From contig JAHJKL010000061.1 of NCBI GenBank assembly GCA_018822365.1, forward strand, positions 13,242 through 77,241: DNA of 64,000 nucleotides. The letters are read 5' to 3'. The notes below the pieces were generated by a model. The model saw only the letters and a list, made by a program, of their open reading frames with translations. It was not told where the DNA came from and did no database searches. A program made the position numbers and the translations under genes. This document shows, one piece after another, positions 55,125 to 64,000 of this stretch. The DNA is from Candidatus Margulisiibacteriota bacterium (lineage in GTDB: Bacteria > Margulisbacteria > WOR-1 > O2-12-FULL-45-9 > XYB2-FULL-48-7). The stretch's first letter is position 1. The number at the start of each line of letters is the position of its first letter.

Positions 55125-56942
55125 ATGAAAAATATTATTTTATTTGGTCTGGTTTTCTTTTGTTTTACATTTATGACCGCACAGGATTCATTTGCCGCTG
55201 CGCCAATATTTTACGGGCAGGAGGTTTTGGTTACAGGATCCCGTTTTCCCCAGCCGGTCACGCTTATTCCCTGGAATGCCACGATCATTAGCCAGATACA
55301 GCTGAAGGATTTTACCAATGTCGGCGAAGCGGTCAGAAATGTCGCCGGATTGGATGTGACCTCATATGGGTACCTTGGCGCGGTCACTTCGGCCCGTTTG
55401 CGCGGCGCCAACTCGACCCAGGTATTGGTCCTTTTGGACGGCAGGCGGCTGAATTCCCCGACACTGGGGACTTTTGATCTGGGAGATATTTTAACCTCGA
55501 GCATTGATCGGGTGGAGATCGTCCGTTCCCCGCTTTCCGCCCTGTACGGCTCTGACGCGGTTTCAGGCGTGATCAATATCATTACCAAGGAACCGAAGGA
55601 CGAAAGGTATATTTCTGTTACTAATAGTTCATATGGGACCTGGCAGTATGGGGTTAAAATAGGAGGCGGAAACTATCTGTTAACCGCCGATTACATCCAG
55701 TCGGATGGTTTTCGGCAGAACAGTGCCTACGCTGCCAGGAATGTGTATGGGAAATTCACTCTCCCGCTTGGCTTTGCCGACATTATTGTTGACGGGAGCC
55801 TTTATGACGCGCTCAAAGGGATCCCCGGAGTCCCGACCTCCGAAAGTGACCCGGCTTCCGCCACGGAACCAAGCGACCGGCAGGCGGACCGGAACATAAC
55901 GATAGGCGCCGCCTTAAGGAACGACGATTTTTCCCTGCGCGCTTACGCCAACACTCTTGATCAAAAGATCGATCCCTATATTTTTGGTGTTTCTTCCAAC
56001 AAAGGGTGGCGGAATGGCCTGGAGTGGCAGCAAAACCTTAATGTAGGGCTTGGAAAAACATTGTACGGCATTGAGCTTATTGAAGACAGAGGGGAATCGA
56101 CCCTGGCGGGAGCGCATTCGGTCAGCAATTATGCCGCTTTTGTTCAGGATGAGATATTATTTGGGCGGACCCTTTTCTCTCTTTCGGTCCGGGGAGACAG
56201 GCACAGTACCGCCGGGACATCGATCAATCCGCGGGCAGGCCTAACCTATCAGCTTGGCAGAAATTTAGCTCTCAAGCTTTCGGCCGGGAGCGCTTTCCGG
56301 GCCCCGACCTTGAACGAATTGTATTGGAATGACCCAGCCTGGGGGATGTTTGGCAACGCCTCTCTAAAGCCCGAAAAGTCGACATCATACAATATTGCGC
56401 TGGAAAGAAATATAAGCGACCGGCAGATCGTCCGGGTCAGCTACTACCAGGCAAATCTTACCGATATGATCCTATGGTCATACGACCCGGCGACCTTTCA
56501 GACGCTGGCGACCAATATCGGCGAGGTCCAGTCAAATGGGGTCGAATTTGACCTGGAGCATAAATTTGCCACCGGCAAAGGGTATGCCAATTATACCTAT
56601 CAGCAGGTGGTCGACAAAAAAGTCGCGGTCGATAAACAAGTTCCATATACCCCGCGCTCCAAGTACAATGTAGGGCTTATCATGGGGGGGAGCTCGATTC
56701 TGGCCCGCTATGTCGGGTCGCGCTATGTCGATTCCCAAAACACGATCGAACTTCCGGCATACACAGTGGTCGACTTCCACCTGACCAGGCCACTTTTCGG
56801 AGCGGAAGCGGTCTTTGCGGCGAACAACGTTTTTGACGAGCAATACAGCGAGGCGTTTGGCCTTGACCCGAACACTTACGCGATGCGCAAGTACCCGATG
56901 CCGGGGCGTAACTATTCATTGGGCGTGAAATGGACCTTTTAG
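55125..56942 (+). CDS. TonB-dependent outer-membrane receptor
   Basis: Signal peptide, plug domain (e.g. TonB-box-like region), 22-strand barrel, C-terminal W-T-F terminus. Confidence 0.85.
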   Translation: MKNIILFGLVFFCFTFMTAQDSFAAAPIFYGQEVLVTGSRFPQPVTLIPWNATIISQIQLKDFTNVGEAVRNVAGLDVTSYGYLGAVTSARLRGANSTQVLVLLDGRRLNSPTLGTFDLGDILTSSIDRVEIVRSPLSALYGSDAVSGVINIITKEPKDERYISVTNSSYGTWQYGVKIGGGNYLLTADYIQSDGFRQNSAYAARNVYGKFTLPLGFADIIVDGSLYDALKGIPGVPTSESDPASATEPSDRQADRNITIGAALRNDDFSLRAYANTLDQKIDPYIFGVSSNKGWRNGLEWQQNLNVGLGKTLYGIELIEDRGESTLAGAHSVSNYAAFVQDEILFGRTLFSLSVRGDRHSTAGTSINPRAGLTYQLGRNLALKLSAGSAFRAPTLNELYWNDPAWGMFGNASLKPEKSTSYNIALERNISDRQIVRVSYYQANLTDMILWSYDPATFQTLATNIGEVQSNGVEFDLEHKFATGKGYANYTYQQVVDKKVAVDKQVPYTPRSKYNVGLIMGGSSILARYVGSRYVDSQNTIELPAYTVVDFHLTRPLFGAEAVFAANNVFDEQYSEAFGLDPNTYAMRKYPMPGRNYSLGVKWTF

Positions 56943-56970
56943 TGATATAATAACCAAGGAGGAACAAAAC

Positions 56971-57480
56971 ATGAAAGAACTTACACTGCCGCGGCTCGGA
57001 CTTTTTCTGATCATGGGAATGGGGGGAGCAGCCGCTTTATTTTTTCTTAGAACAAATCTGGATGTTGATCGCAATTATCCGGTCTTTGCCGGAGCAGAGG
57101 TGCGAGCGGTTCAGGCTGTTGCCGCCCCGGCCAAGGCGGCGCCGGTAGCAGTAGCGAAAGCAAGCGAAGCCCGACAAACTCTGCGACCGATCAGGGCGGT
57201 TCCGCTGCCGATAGTTCCCCCGACAATTGCTCATCAGGTTGTTCCCCTATATCCTCAGGCGGCGCAGGAGAATGGATCTGAAGGGGTGGTTTTGCTGTCG
57301 GTTTACGTTAGTGAATTGGGCGAACCCTGGAAGGTTGATATAAAAAGCTCGTCAGGATATAGCGATCTTGACGCGGCGGCCTCCAAAGCCCTTTGGCAAT
57401 GGCGTTTCAATCCCGCCTCGCAAAGCGGCGGGGCGATCGCCAGCTGGTTCGAGGTCCCGGTGAAATTCGCACTGGAATAA
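56971..57480 (+). CDS. TonB-family energy transducer (C-terminal domain protein)
   Basis: N-terminal TM, Pro/Ala-rich linker, and a TonB_C fold (VVLLSVYVSELGEPWKVDIKSSSGYSDLDAAASKAL). Confidence 0.7.
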   Translation: MKELTLPRLGLFLIMGMGGAAALFFLRTNLDVDRNYPVFAGAEVRAVQAVAAPAKAAPVAVAKASEARQTLRPIRAVPLPIVPPTIAHQVVPLYPQAAQENGSEGVVLLSVYVSELGEPWKVDIKSSSGYSDLDAAASKALWQWRFNPASQSGGAIASWFEVPVKFALE

Positions 57481-57493
57481 AAGGAAATATTGG

Positions 57494-57712
57494 ATGGCTA
57501 TTGAGTCGTTAGGGCGGATGTTGATTTATATTGGGGTGATTGTCGTCCTGATCGGCGGGTTTCTTGTTCTGTCGGCAAAGGTTCCCTGGATCGGCAGACT
57601 GCCGGGGGATATTGTTTATCAGCGGGAAAATACGACGGTCCTGGTCCCGATCACGACCATGATCCTGGCGAGCATTGTCCTGACCATTATACTCAATATT
57701 ATCCGAAGGTAA
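57494..57712 (+). CDS. DUF2905 small membrane protein
   Basis: 72 aa with two TM helices. Match is to a family placement, not a function. Confidence 0.55.
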   Translation: MAIESLGRMLIYIGVIVVLIGGFLVLSAKVPWIGRLPGDIVYQRENTTVLVPITTMILASIVLTIILNIIRR

Positions 57713-57722
57713 ATTAAGGAAT

Positions 57723-57798
57723 CGGGGCGTGGCCCAGCTTGGTCTAAGGCGCTACCTTGGGGTGGTAGAGATCGTGGGTTCAAATCCCGCCGCCCCGA
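57723..57798 (+). tRNA. tRNA-Pro (anticodon GGG)
   Basis: Cloverleaf folded by hand: acceptor CGGGGCG/CGCCCCG, anticodon loop TTGGGGT, T-loop GTTCAAATC. No encoded CCA. Confidence 0.85.
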
Positions 57799-57810
57799 TT
57801 TATAAAATAT

Positions 57811-58134
57811 ATGAAAAAAGCTATATTGTTTTTACTGGTCCTTTCCTTTTCTTTTGGCGCTTTTGGGGCTACGAGCTGCCAAATGGAGAGCAAGTGCTGT
57901 TGTTCGGGCGAAGAGAGTTGCTGGGTAACTCCTCAACAGGTTGACGCCGTTTCCTCGGTCAATAAGCTCTTTGACCATTTGGCGGCGGCCCTTTTTCCGG
58001 CCAGCGCGACGGTCCAAGAGGTCGTCAATTACTTGCCGGTCATTGTTTGCCGGCATTTTAATGTTGCTTCGCCTCATTTGATAAGCAGGCTGGCCCATCC
58101 TTCGACCGCCCCTCCTTTTACTATTGGCTCTTAA
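57811..58134 (+). CDS. possible secreted protein with Cys-rich N-terminus
   Basis: Signal peptide then CQMESKCCCSGEESCW. Weak RBS and no clear domain in the rest, so it may be spurious. Confidence 0.25.
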   Translation: MKKAILFLLVLSFSFGAFGATSCQMESKCCCSGEESCWVTPQQVDAVSSVNKLFDHLAAALFPASATVQEVVNYLPVIVCRHFNVASPHLISRLAHPSTAPPFTIGS

Positions 58135-58160
58135 AATAACCAATATTAAAGGAGATAATC

Positions 58161-58385
58161 ATGAAAAAATTATTAGTTTTATTTCTTGGAATAGTTCTGC
58201 TCGCTTCAATGGCCCTGGCTGAATGCGGAAAGAGCTCAAAACAATGCGATTCAATCCGCGCTAAATTGCCTTGCGCAAAAAAGTGCAAAAAGCTCTGCGT
58301 AAAAGATGTTTGCGTGAAGACAAAGGACTGCGATAAGTGCGGTTGCCCGGCTGAATGCCAAAAGGGGGCCGCGAAAATAAAGTAG
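58161..58385 (+). CDS. small secreted cysteine-rich protein (about 15 Cys in ~52 mature residues)
   Basis: Good RBS (AAAGGAG), signal peptide, then CGKSSKQCDSIRAKLPCAKKCKKLCVKDVCVKTKDCDKCGCPAECQKG. A terminator follows. Confidence 0.55.
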   Translation: MKKLLVLFLGIVLLASMALAECGKSSKQCDSIRAKLPCAKKCKKLCVKDVCVKTKDCDKCGCPAECQKGAAKIK

Positions 58386-58405
58386 AGCTGGGAGTTACGC
58401 GTAAG

Positions 58406-58445
58406 GCGGCAGGGTTGGTCGCGACCCTGCCCCTTTTTATTATTT
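58406..58445 (+). terminator. rho-independent terminator
   Basis: GGCAGGGT-TGGTCGCG-ACCCTGCC followed by CCTTTTTATTATTT. Confidence 0.65.
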
Positions 58446-58448
58446 ATT

Positions 58449-59486
58449 ATGAGAACAGCGAAATTTGATTATAATTTGCCCGAAGAGCTGATCGCCCAGG
58501 CGCCGTCCGCCGATCGAGACCACTCCCGGCTGATGGTCCTTGACCGCGCGGGGCAAACGATCGGCCACAAACATTTTTACGATATCGCTGACTACTTCCA
58601 ACCGGGCGATCTTTTGGTCTTAAACAATACCAAGGTGATACCGGCTAATTTGACCGGCTGTAAAATTGACGGCGGAGCGAAGGTCGAGGTTCTTTTAAGC
58701 AAGCAAATGCAGAATACCGATCCCGATAAAAAAATATTCGAATGCTTGGTCAAACCGGGGAAAAAGTTGAAGGTTGGCGATTGGATCGTTTTTAATGAAG
58801 GGGAAGTCTCCGGGGTGGTAATAGAAAAGACCACTAGCGGTGAACAGATCATTGATTTTAGAGGCGACCTTTGGGGTTACATGAAAAAGGAGGGGGAGCT
58901 TCCCTTGCCGCCATATGTAAAGACCAATCGCCACTCCCCGGAATTACAGGGACGTTATCAGACGGTTTTCGCGGAGAAGGAAGGGGCCGCCGCCGCCCCC
59001 ACTGCCGGCCTCCACTTCACCCCGGAACTCCTCGCCAAGATCGAAGCGCGCGGGGTGAAGATCGCTTACGTTACGCTCCACACCGGATTGGCGACCTTTA
59101 AGCCGATCTACGCCGAAAATATTGAGGACCATCATATGTATTCAGAGGCGTTTGAGGTCCCAGCCGAAACAATTGCTTTGTTAGGTGAGGCTAAAAGAGT
59201 GGTCGCGGTCGGGACGACCGCTATTCGGACTTTGGAGACGATTGCCGACCATGTTAAAGCGGGGAGCAGAGAGGGGGTCAAGGGAGAGACCGCCTTATTT
59301 ATTTATCCCGGTTATCAATTTAAGCTGGTTGACGCGATTATTACCAACTTTCATTTTCCCCGGACCTCGCTGATCGTTTTGGTTGCCGCTTTTGCCGGGC
59401 TGGACCTAACGCTTGAGGCATATAAAACAGCGGTTCGGGAAAAGTACCGTTTTTACTCTTTCGGCGACGCGATGCTCATCTTATGA
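58449..59486 (+). CDS. queA: S-adenosylmethionine:tRNA ribosyltransferase-isomerase
   Basis: QueA N-terminus (FDYNLPEELIAQ) and full-length similarity. Confidence 0.95.
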   Translation: MRTAKFDYNLPEELIAQAPSADRDHSRLMVLDRAGQTIGHKHFYDIADYFQPGDLLVLNNTKVIPANLTGCKIDGGAKVEVLLSKQMQNTDPDKKIFECLVKPGKKLKVGDWIVFNEGEVSGVVIEKTTSGEQIIDFRGDLWGYMKKEGELPLPPYVKTNRHSPELQGRYQTVFAEKEGAAAAPTAGLHFTPELLAKIEARGVKIAYVTLHTGLATFKPIYAENIEDHHMYSEAFEVPAETIALLGEAKRVVAVGTTAIRTLETIADHVKAGSREGVKGETALFIYPGYQFKLVDAIITNFHFPRTSLIVLVAAFAGLDLTLEAYKTAVREKYRFYSFGDAMLIL

Positions 59487-59518
59487 TGATATAATCTGAA
59501 TATTAGAGGGAGGATATT

Positions 59519-60490
59519 ATGAAAAACAAGAATATATGGGGATTATTGTTAATTGTTGTTGTTTTGGTTAGCTTGCAGTTCAAGGCCGAAGCTGAAAAGA
59601 AGAAAATTGTCCCGGCCGGAGGACGAAATCAACTGCAGGGATTACAGGGAAAAGTCGGGGAATGGCTGGCAAATGGGACATCGAAATTTAAAGTGATTAG
59701 TTTTGAATATCCGGAGGCCGGACCGAATGGAGAAAAAGCCGACAAAGCGAAAAAGTATATAGCGATTGAGGTTGAGCTGGTCAATAATCAAAAATTTACG
59801 ACCTCTTATGGCGGGCCAAATGGATCTTTAAACCTGGTCGATAAGGACGAACAGCTGTTCTCCAGAGTTTACAACGTGTCCAAAAGCGATTGGCGAAAAA
59901 GGGAATCTTCCCGACGCTTAAAACCCGGGGAGAGCTTGAATGTTTTTTATCTGGCGATAGTTCCCCAGGAGTACACCCCGATAAGAGTGGTTTATATACC
60001 TGGGGCAAAACTGCCTGTTTATCGGGTGAATTTGACAGATGAAGCGATGCCGGCTGTTTCCGACGGAAAAAAAGAGCTTCAAGGACGCGAGGGAAAGATC
60101 AATGAATGGCTTTTTAATGGGACAGCCAAATTCAAAATTTATAGCGTAAGTTATCCGGAAACCGATCCGCTTGGCGCGAAGGCCGCGACCGGTAAAAAAT
60201 GGATATTGATCGAAGCGGAAATAAGAAATGCCCATGATTTCACCGGCTCATTCGGCGGGCCTAATGGCGCCTTGGTCTTAATTGACAAGAATGGAGAGTC
60301 ATTTGATCAGGTCTACCACGCTAAAAAAAGCAATTGGCGAATGAGGGAGGGGTCAACCAGGCTGATCCCCGCCGCCGGCTTGAAGTTGCTGTATGTTGGA
60401 ATGATCGATAACGATTACGTTCCGACCAAAATGACCTTCTTGCCTGAACCCAAGGTTCCGCTTTTTGAGATCGACTTGCAAACGGAATGA
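59519..60490 (+). CDS. secreted protein with two tandem DUF4352-like domains
   Basis: Signal peptide then an internal duplication (…GKVGEWLANGTSKFKV… and …GKINEWLFNGTAKFKI…). It sits between queA and tgt and overlaps the tgt start. Confidence 0.55.
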   Translation: MKNKNIWGLLLIVVVLVSLQFKAEAEKKKIVPAGGRNQLQGLQGKVGEWLANGTSKFKVISFEYPEAGPNGEKADKAKKYIAIEVELVNNQKFTTSYGGPNGSLNLVDKDEQLFSRVYNVSKSDWRKRESSRRLKPGESLNVFYLAIVPQEYTPIRVVYIPGAKLPVYRVNLTDEAMPAVSDGKKELQGREGKINEWLFNGTAKFKIYSVSYPETDPLGAKAATGKKWILIEAEIRNAHDFTGSFGGPNGALVLIDKNGESFDQVYHAKKSNWRMREGSTRLIPAAGLKLLYVGMIDNDYVPTKMTFLPEPKVPLFEIDLQTE

Positions 60491-61572
60491 AATTTAAATT
60501 CGAGATCATAAAGAAATCAAGCAAGTCGAAAGCGAGAGTAGGGAAACTCTATACTCCCCACGGGGTTGTCGATACCCCGATGTTCCAGCCGGTCGGGACC
60601 TTGGGAACGGTCAAAACGATGACCTTCCGCGATCTCAATGAGTTGGAAGCCCAGATCATTCTCTCCAATACTTATCACCTCTACCTGCGTCCGGGGATCG
60701 AATTGATCAAAGCTGCCGGCGGACTGCATAGGTTCATGCGCTGGGATAAACCGATCCTTACCGATTCGGGAGGGTTCCAGGTCTTTTCCCTGGCCCATAT
60801 GCGGACGGTGACCGATAATGGAGTTGAGTTTACCTCCCACCTTGATGGGACCAAGCATTTCCTGACCCCGGAAAAGGTGGTCGACATCCAGACCGCTTTT
60901 GGCTCGGACATTATGATGCCACTCGACGAATGTGTCGCTTACCCATGCGGGAAGCAGGAAGCGGAAACGGCTTTGGTCAGGACGACCAGTTGGGCGAAGC
61001 AGGCTTATAAGTATTGGCAAAATAAAAAGCAAACGGAAGAGTGCCCAACCCTGTTTGGCATCGCCCAGGGGTCGACTTACAAGGATTTGCGGAAAATCTC
61101 GGCTGAACAGATCGCCGAGATCGGTTTTCCCGGCTATGGGATCGGTGGGTTGTCAGTGGGGGAGCCGCAAAATGAGATGTTTGAGATGCTTGATATTGTG
61201 ACCGATATTCTCCAGCCGGACCGGCCTCGCCATTTATTGGGGGTTGGATACGCTCAAGATATCTTAGGCGGGATTAAGCTGGGGGCCGACCTATTTGACT
61301 GCGTCATTCCGACCCGGCTGGCCCGGCACGGTTCTTTTTTGACCCTTGAAGGGAAAACAAGCATTAGACGAGCGGAGTTTGAAAAAGACTTCTCGCCGAT
61401 CGACCCTGACTGTGATTGCTTTGCCTGCCGCAACTTCACCAAGGCCTATATCCGCCATCTCTTCTGGGCGAGAGAGATCACCGCGATGCACCTCTTGACG
61501 ATCCACAACCTCCGCTTTTTTATGCGTTTGATGGAGAAGACCAGAAGAGATATCCTCGAAGACCGGATATAG
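60487..61572 (+). CDS. tgt: queuine tRNA-ribosyltransferase
   Basis: Catalytic Asp region and zinc site (CDCFAC). Confidence 0.95.
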   Translation: MKFKFEIIKKSSKSKARVGKLYTPHGVVDTPMFQPVGTLGTVKTMTFRDLNELEAQIILSNTYHLYLRPGIELIKAAGGLHRFMRWDKPILTDSGGFQVFSLAHMRTVTDNGVEFTSHLDGTKHFLTPEKVVDIQTAFGSDIMMPLDECVAYPCGKQEAETALVRTTSWAKQAYKYWQNKKQTEECPTLFGIAQGSTYKDLRKISAEQIAEIGFPGYGIGGLSVGEPQNEMFEMLDIVTDILQPDRPRHLLGVGYAQDILGGIKLGADLFDCVIPTRLARHGSFLTLEGKTSIRRAEFEKDFSPIDPDCDCFACRNFTKAYIRHLFWAREITAMHLLTIHNLRFFMRLMEKTRRDILEDRI

Positions 61573-61574
61573 AA

Positions 61575-61647
61575 TGGGCAGTGTAGGACTCGAACCTACG
61601 ACCTCCTCGGTGTAAGCGAGGCATTCAACCAGCTGAACTAACTGCCC
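61575..61647 (-). tRNA. tRNA-Val (anticodon TAC)
   Basis: Reverse-complement folds as GGGCAGT…CTTACAC loop…GGTTCGAGTCC…ACTGCCC-A. Confidence 0.85.
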
Positions 61648-61727
61648 TGGATAACTAACAACTGATTATCTTATAAAAACAACAAGTTGTTAGTTGTAGG
61701 CGCAACGCGCCGAGTTGTCAGTTAAAA

Positions 61728-61802
61728 TGGGCGGTACAGGAGTCGAACCTGTGACCTCCTGCGTGTGAAGCAGGCGCTCTAACCAGCTGAGCTAACCGCC
61801 CC
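61728..61802 (-). tRNA. tRNA-Val (anticodon CAC)
   Basis: Reverse-complement folds as GGGGCGG…anticodon loop TTCACAC…GGTTCGACTCC…CCGCCC-A. Confidence 0.85.
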
Positions 61803-61942
61803 AGGATAACTAACAACCGATGATATTACTCAAGTTCAGTTTAGCTTATATTGCAAGCACCAGTCAAGACGTGATACCATGTTATGTGGTTGTAGTCCGC
61901 CGGAGGCGGACGTGTTGTAAGTTGTTATTCGGCAGTTATTGA

Positions 61943-62014
61943 GGGCCCTTAGCTCAATGGTAGAGCGCTCGACTCATAATCGATTGGTTATAGGTTCGAA
62001 TCCTATAGGGCCCA
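61943..62014 (+). tRNA. tRNA with CAT anticodon (elongator Met or lysidine-type Ile2)
   Basis: GGGCCCT acceptor with G1-C72, so not an initiator. Anticodon loop CTCATAA, T-loop GGTTCGAATCC. Confidence 0.8.
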
Positions 62015-62040
62015 ATTTAATACTTAGGAGGGAGCTATTT

Positions 62041-62205
62041 ATGGTTGAAAAAGCAAAAAATATTGACGAACTGTTGGCGCAAATTGACGAGTTTGAGAAA
62101 ACGATCCATGGCTTGGGGGAAAATGTCGCTAAATTAAAGCAAAAACTTTTAGAGAACAAGTCCAAATATGGGCCGGATATTTCGGCATGGCCAAAAGAAG
62201 CCTAA
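62041..62205 (+). CDS. hypothetical small protein (54 aa, helical)
   Basis: AGGAGGG RBS 8 nt upstream of the ATG. The predicted sequence is coiled-coil-like. Confidence 0.35.
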   Translation: MVEKAKNIDELLAQIDEFEKTIHGLGENVAKLKQKLLENKSKYGPDISAWPKEA

Positions 62206-62669
62206 CGCTTTTATTAACGGCAGCCATTGTTGCTGCCTTGGCCTCCCCGATGCTTGCGAAGGGATCCTCTGTCTACCCTTCGCTCAAGGTCCTGGTTACC
62301 ACGTATTATACCCATAACTGGAGCGAGTTTGGCCGTTACAAAAAAGTTTCCCAAAACAACCACCGCCTTGGCAACTTTGTTGCTTTAAATTTTCTTCCGG
62401 GCGGCAGTATTATTATGATCCCCAGGTTATTTAAAGGCCAATTGTTTGAAGTAGCGGATACATTTGGCGGACGCGGCTACGACTATTTTAAAGGAGAACG
62501 CTATTGGAAGATCGATATATTGCGGGATAAAGGCGAATTTTACGAAGACATCGATTCTCCAGTCGATCTTTATATCGTTAAATACAACAAGCGGGGGGAA
62601 TTTAAGAACCGGGAGGTCAAACGGAACGCCCTGCTGATCTATAAACGCTTTGAGAAGCAATTTAAATGA
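62187..62669 (+). CDS. 3D-domain (MltA-like) cell-wall protein
   Basis: Signal peptide then a 3D domain (YYTHNWSEFG…VALN…DTFGGRG). Confidence 0.6.
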   Translation: MAKRSLTLLLTAAIVAALASPMLAKGSSVYPSLKVLVTTYYTHNWSEFGRYKKVSQNNHRLGNFVALNFLPGGSIIMIPRLFKGQLFEVADTFGGRGYDYFKGERYWKIDILRDKGEFYEDIDSPVDLYIVKYNKRGEFKNREVKRNALLIYKRFEKQFK

Positions 62670-63547
62670 CAATCTTCTTTTTTAACCGCGTAATTTATTG
62701 CGCGGTTACAGGCCTGTTGCTATTGTTTGTCGCCGGCTGTGCCCCTGGGCCGGTTGCAAAGAGCGCTCCACCGGCCAAAGCAGTCGCGGCCACCCATTCC
62801 TTCAAAAAATTCCCAGTCTTAGAATACCACCTGATCCGCCGGCCGGAGGCTCGCTGGTCGCGGACCCCGGAAAACTTTTGGCGCGACCTGGAGTGGCTAC
62901 GGTCAAACAATTATTATCCTTTTAACCTGCGCGATATTTTGGCCGGATTTCCTGGCTTGCCTCCGGGAAAGATTCCGGTCGTGTTGACCTTTGACGATTC
63001 ATCGTCGAGCCAGTTTCGCTATTTGCCAAACGGCGAAGTTGATCCGGAGTGCGCGGTCGGAATAATTAAAAGATTTAACGCGAAATACCCTGACTGGCCG
63101 GTCCGTGGAACTTTTTTTATTCTGGTTCAGACTAACAACCCCGATCGGAATATCTTCGGCCAGCCGGAAAATCCTGACTATAAGGCCAGAAAACTTCGCC
63201 AGCTGGAAGAGTGGGGGATGGAGGTCGCTTCTCACACCTATAGCCACGACCGGCTTTCCGATATTCCGACCGGCGACGCGGTTTATTCATTAGCCCGATC
63301 GCACCAGACATTAAGCGCCATGACTAGCCGTGATGTGGTTAGTCTGGCTTTGCCGATGGGGCTTTATCCCATAGACGAAGGGGTTTTTGCAAGACAGGGC
63401 CAGAAGGGGGGATATAATTTTAAATTGGCGGCCGAAGTCGCGGGAGGATTGCAGCCGGCGCCGTGGGAAGAAAACTTTAATCCCCGTCATATCAGAAGGA
63501 TACAGACCATCGCTTCAGAGTGGAAAAAATTCTTTGGCCGAGAGTAG
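62666..63547 (+). CDS. polysaccharide deacetylase (NodB/CE4 family) lipoprotein
   Basis: Lipobox (FVAGC), NodB motifs (TFDDS; ASHTYSH). Its start overlaps the upstream stop (ATGA). Confidence 0.75.
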   Translation: MTIFFFNRVIYCAVTGLLLLFVAGCAPGPVAKSAPPAKAVAATHSFKKFPVLEYHLIRRPEARWSRTPENFWRDLEWLRSNNYYPFNLRDILAGFPGLPPGKIPVVLTFDDSSSSQFRYLPNGEVDPECAVGIIKRFNAKYPDWPVRGTFFILVQTNNPDRNIFGQPENPDYKARKLRQLEEWGMEVASHTYSHDRLSDIPTGDAVYSLARSHQTLSAMTSRDVVSLALPMGLYPIDEGVFARQGQKGGYNFKLAAEVAGGLQPAPWEENFNPRHIRRIQTIASEWKKFFGRE

Positions 63548-63549
63548 CG

Positions 63550-64000
63550 TTATTTTAAGTACTCTTTAAGTTTGCGGGCGCGGGTCGGATGTTTTAATTT
63601 CCGCAAAGCCTTGGCCTCGATCTGCCGGATCCGCTCGCGAGTGACCGCGAAAACTTTACCCACTTCTTCCAATGTCCGCGGATGGCCGTCGTCCAGCCCG
63701 AAGCGGAGCTTAAGGACGGTTCGCTCGCGCTCGGAGAGGGTGTTCATGACCTCTTCCAGGTCGTCGCGCAACAATCCCTGCAGGACGATGTCGTCCGGCG
63801 CCTGGATGGTGATATCTTCGACAAAATCCCCCAGCCTGGAGCTTTCTTCGTCGCCGATCGGCGCCTCCAGTGAGAGCGGGACCTGTGAGATCCGCAGAAT
63901 TTCGCGGACCTTGTCGACTGACATCCGGGCGCGCTGGGCGATCTCTTTTTCGGTCGGCTTGTGCCCAAGCTGCTGCAGCAGGATGCGTGATGTTTTGCGC
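63550..64000 (-). CDS. rpoD: RNA polymerase sigma-70 factor, RpoD-like (C-terminal part; gene continues beyond window)
   Basis: Region 3.2/4 sequences ([18 protein letters not shown]; [41 protein letters not shown]). The frame stays open to the window edge. Confidence 0.85.
   Translation of the reverse strand, partial: RKTSRILLQQLGHKPTEKEIAQRARMSVDKVREILRISQVPLSLEAPIGDEESSRLGDFVEDITIQAPDDIVLQGLLRDDLEEVMNTLSERERTVLKLRFGLDDGHPRTLEEVGKVFAVTRERIRQIEAKALRKLKHPTRARKLKEYLK

Noticed and set aside
57729-57944. 71-aa ORF overlapping tRNA-Pro
   Set aside because: It is explained by the tRNA and by the downstream Cys-rich ORF in another frame.
61939-62205. 88-aa ORF starting inside the CAT-anticodon tRNA
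   Set aside because: Its N-terminus is the tRNA itself. Only the downstream RBS-preceded 54-aa portion (62041-62205) was kept.

Overview
This is a gene-dense, ~50% GC chromosomal window from a bacterium with clear diderm hallmarks: lgt/lspA, a TonB-dependent receptor plus TonB, a LolA-like protein, and an M23 peptidase coupled to a bactofilin. The genes are mostly housekeeping ones. They include a complete F1Fo ATP synthase operon (atpZ/I-B-E-F-H-A-G-D-C), glmS, leuS, ileS, rpsA, rplU/rpmA, rimO, rlmN, rsmI, rluD, proB, trpB/trpA, xseAB, dusB, the queuosine genes queA/tgt/queF, pyrF, ahcY, speH/speB, two orphan sensor histidine kinases and a partial rpoD-like sigma factor. Four tRNAs are present: Pro-GGG, two Val and one CAT. 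The most unusual content is an AT-rich accessory stretch at about 6.3-10.1 kb, inserted between ribD and the ATP synthase operon. It carries a VapBC toxin-antitoxin pair and a structured non-coding region. It also carries an orphan HypC-HydE fusion gene (a [NiFe]-hydrogenase chaperone domain fused to an [FeFe]-hydrogenase radical-SAM maturase), and a translationally coupled HipA-like kinase plus HIRAN-domain protein pair that looks like an undescribed toxin/defence module. Other notable features are a McsA-ClpC fusion with a C-terminal AT-hook under an HspR/HAIR-like operator, and a PknB-like pseudokinase separated from its PASTA sensor by an in-frame stop. Three arginase-fold paralogs are present, one of them splitting trpB from trpA. 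Tandem cysteine-rich secreted mini-proteins sit next to tRNA-Pro. No CRISPR array, transposase, integrase, rRNA, T-box or recognisable riboswitch was seen. The ORF track treats GTG/TTG as start codons, and several annotated starts were adjusted accordingly.
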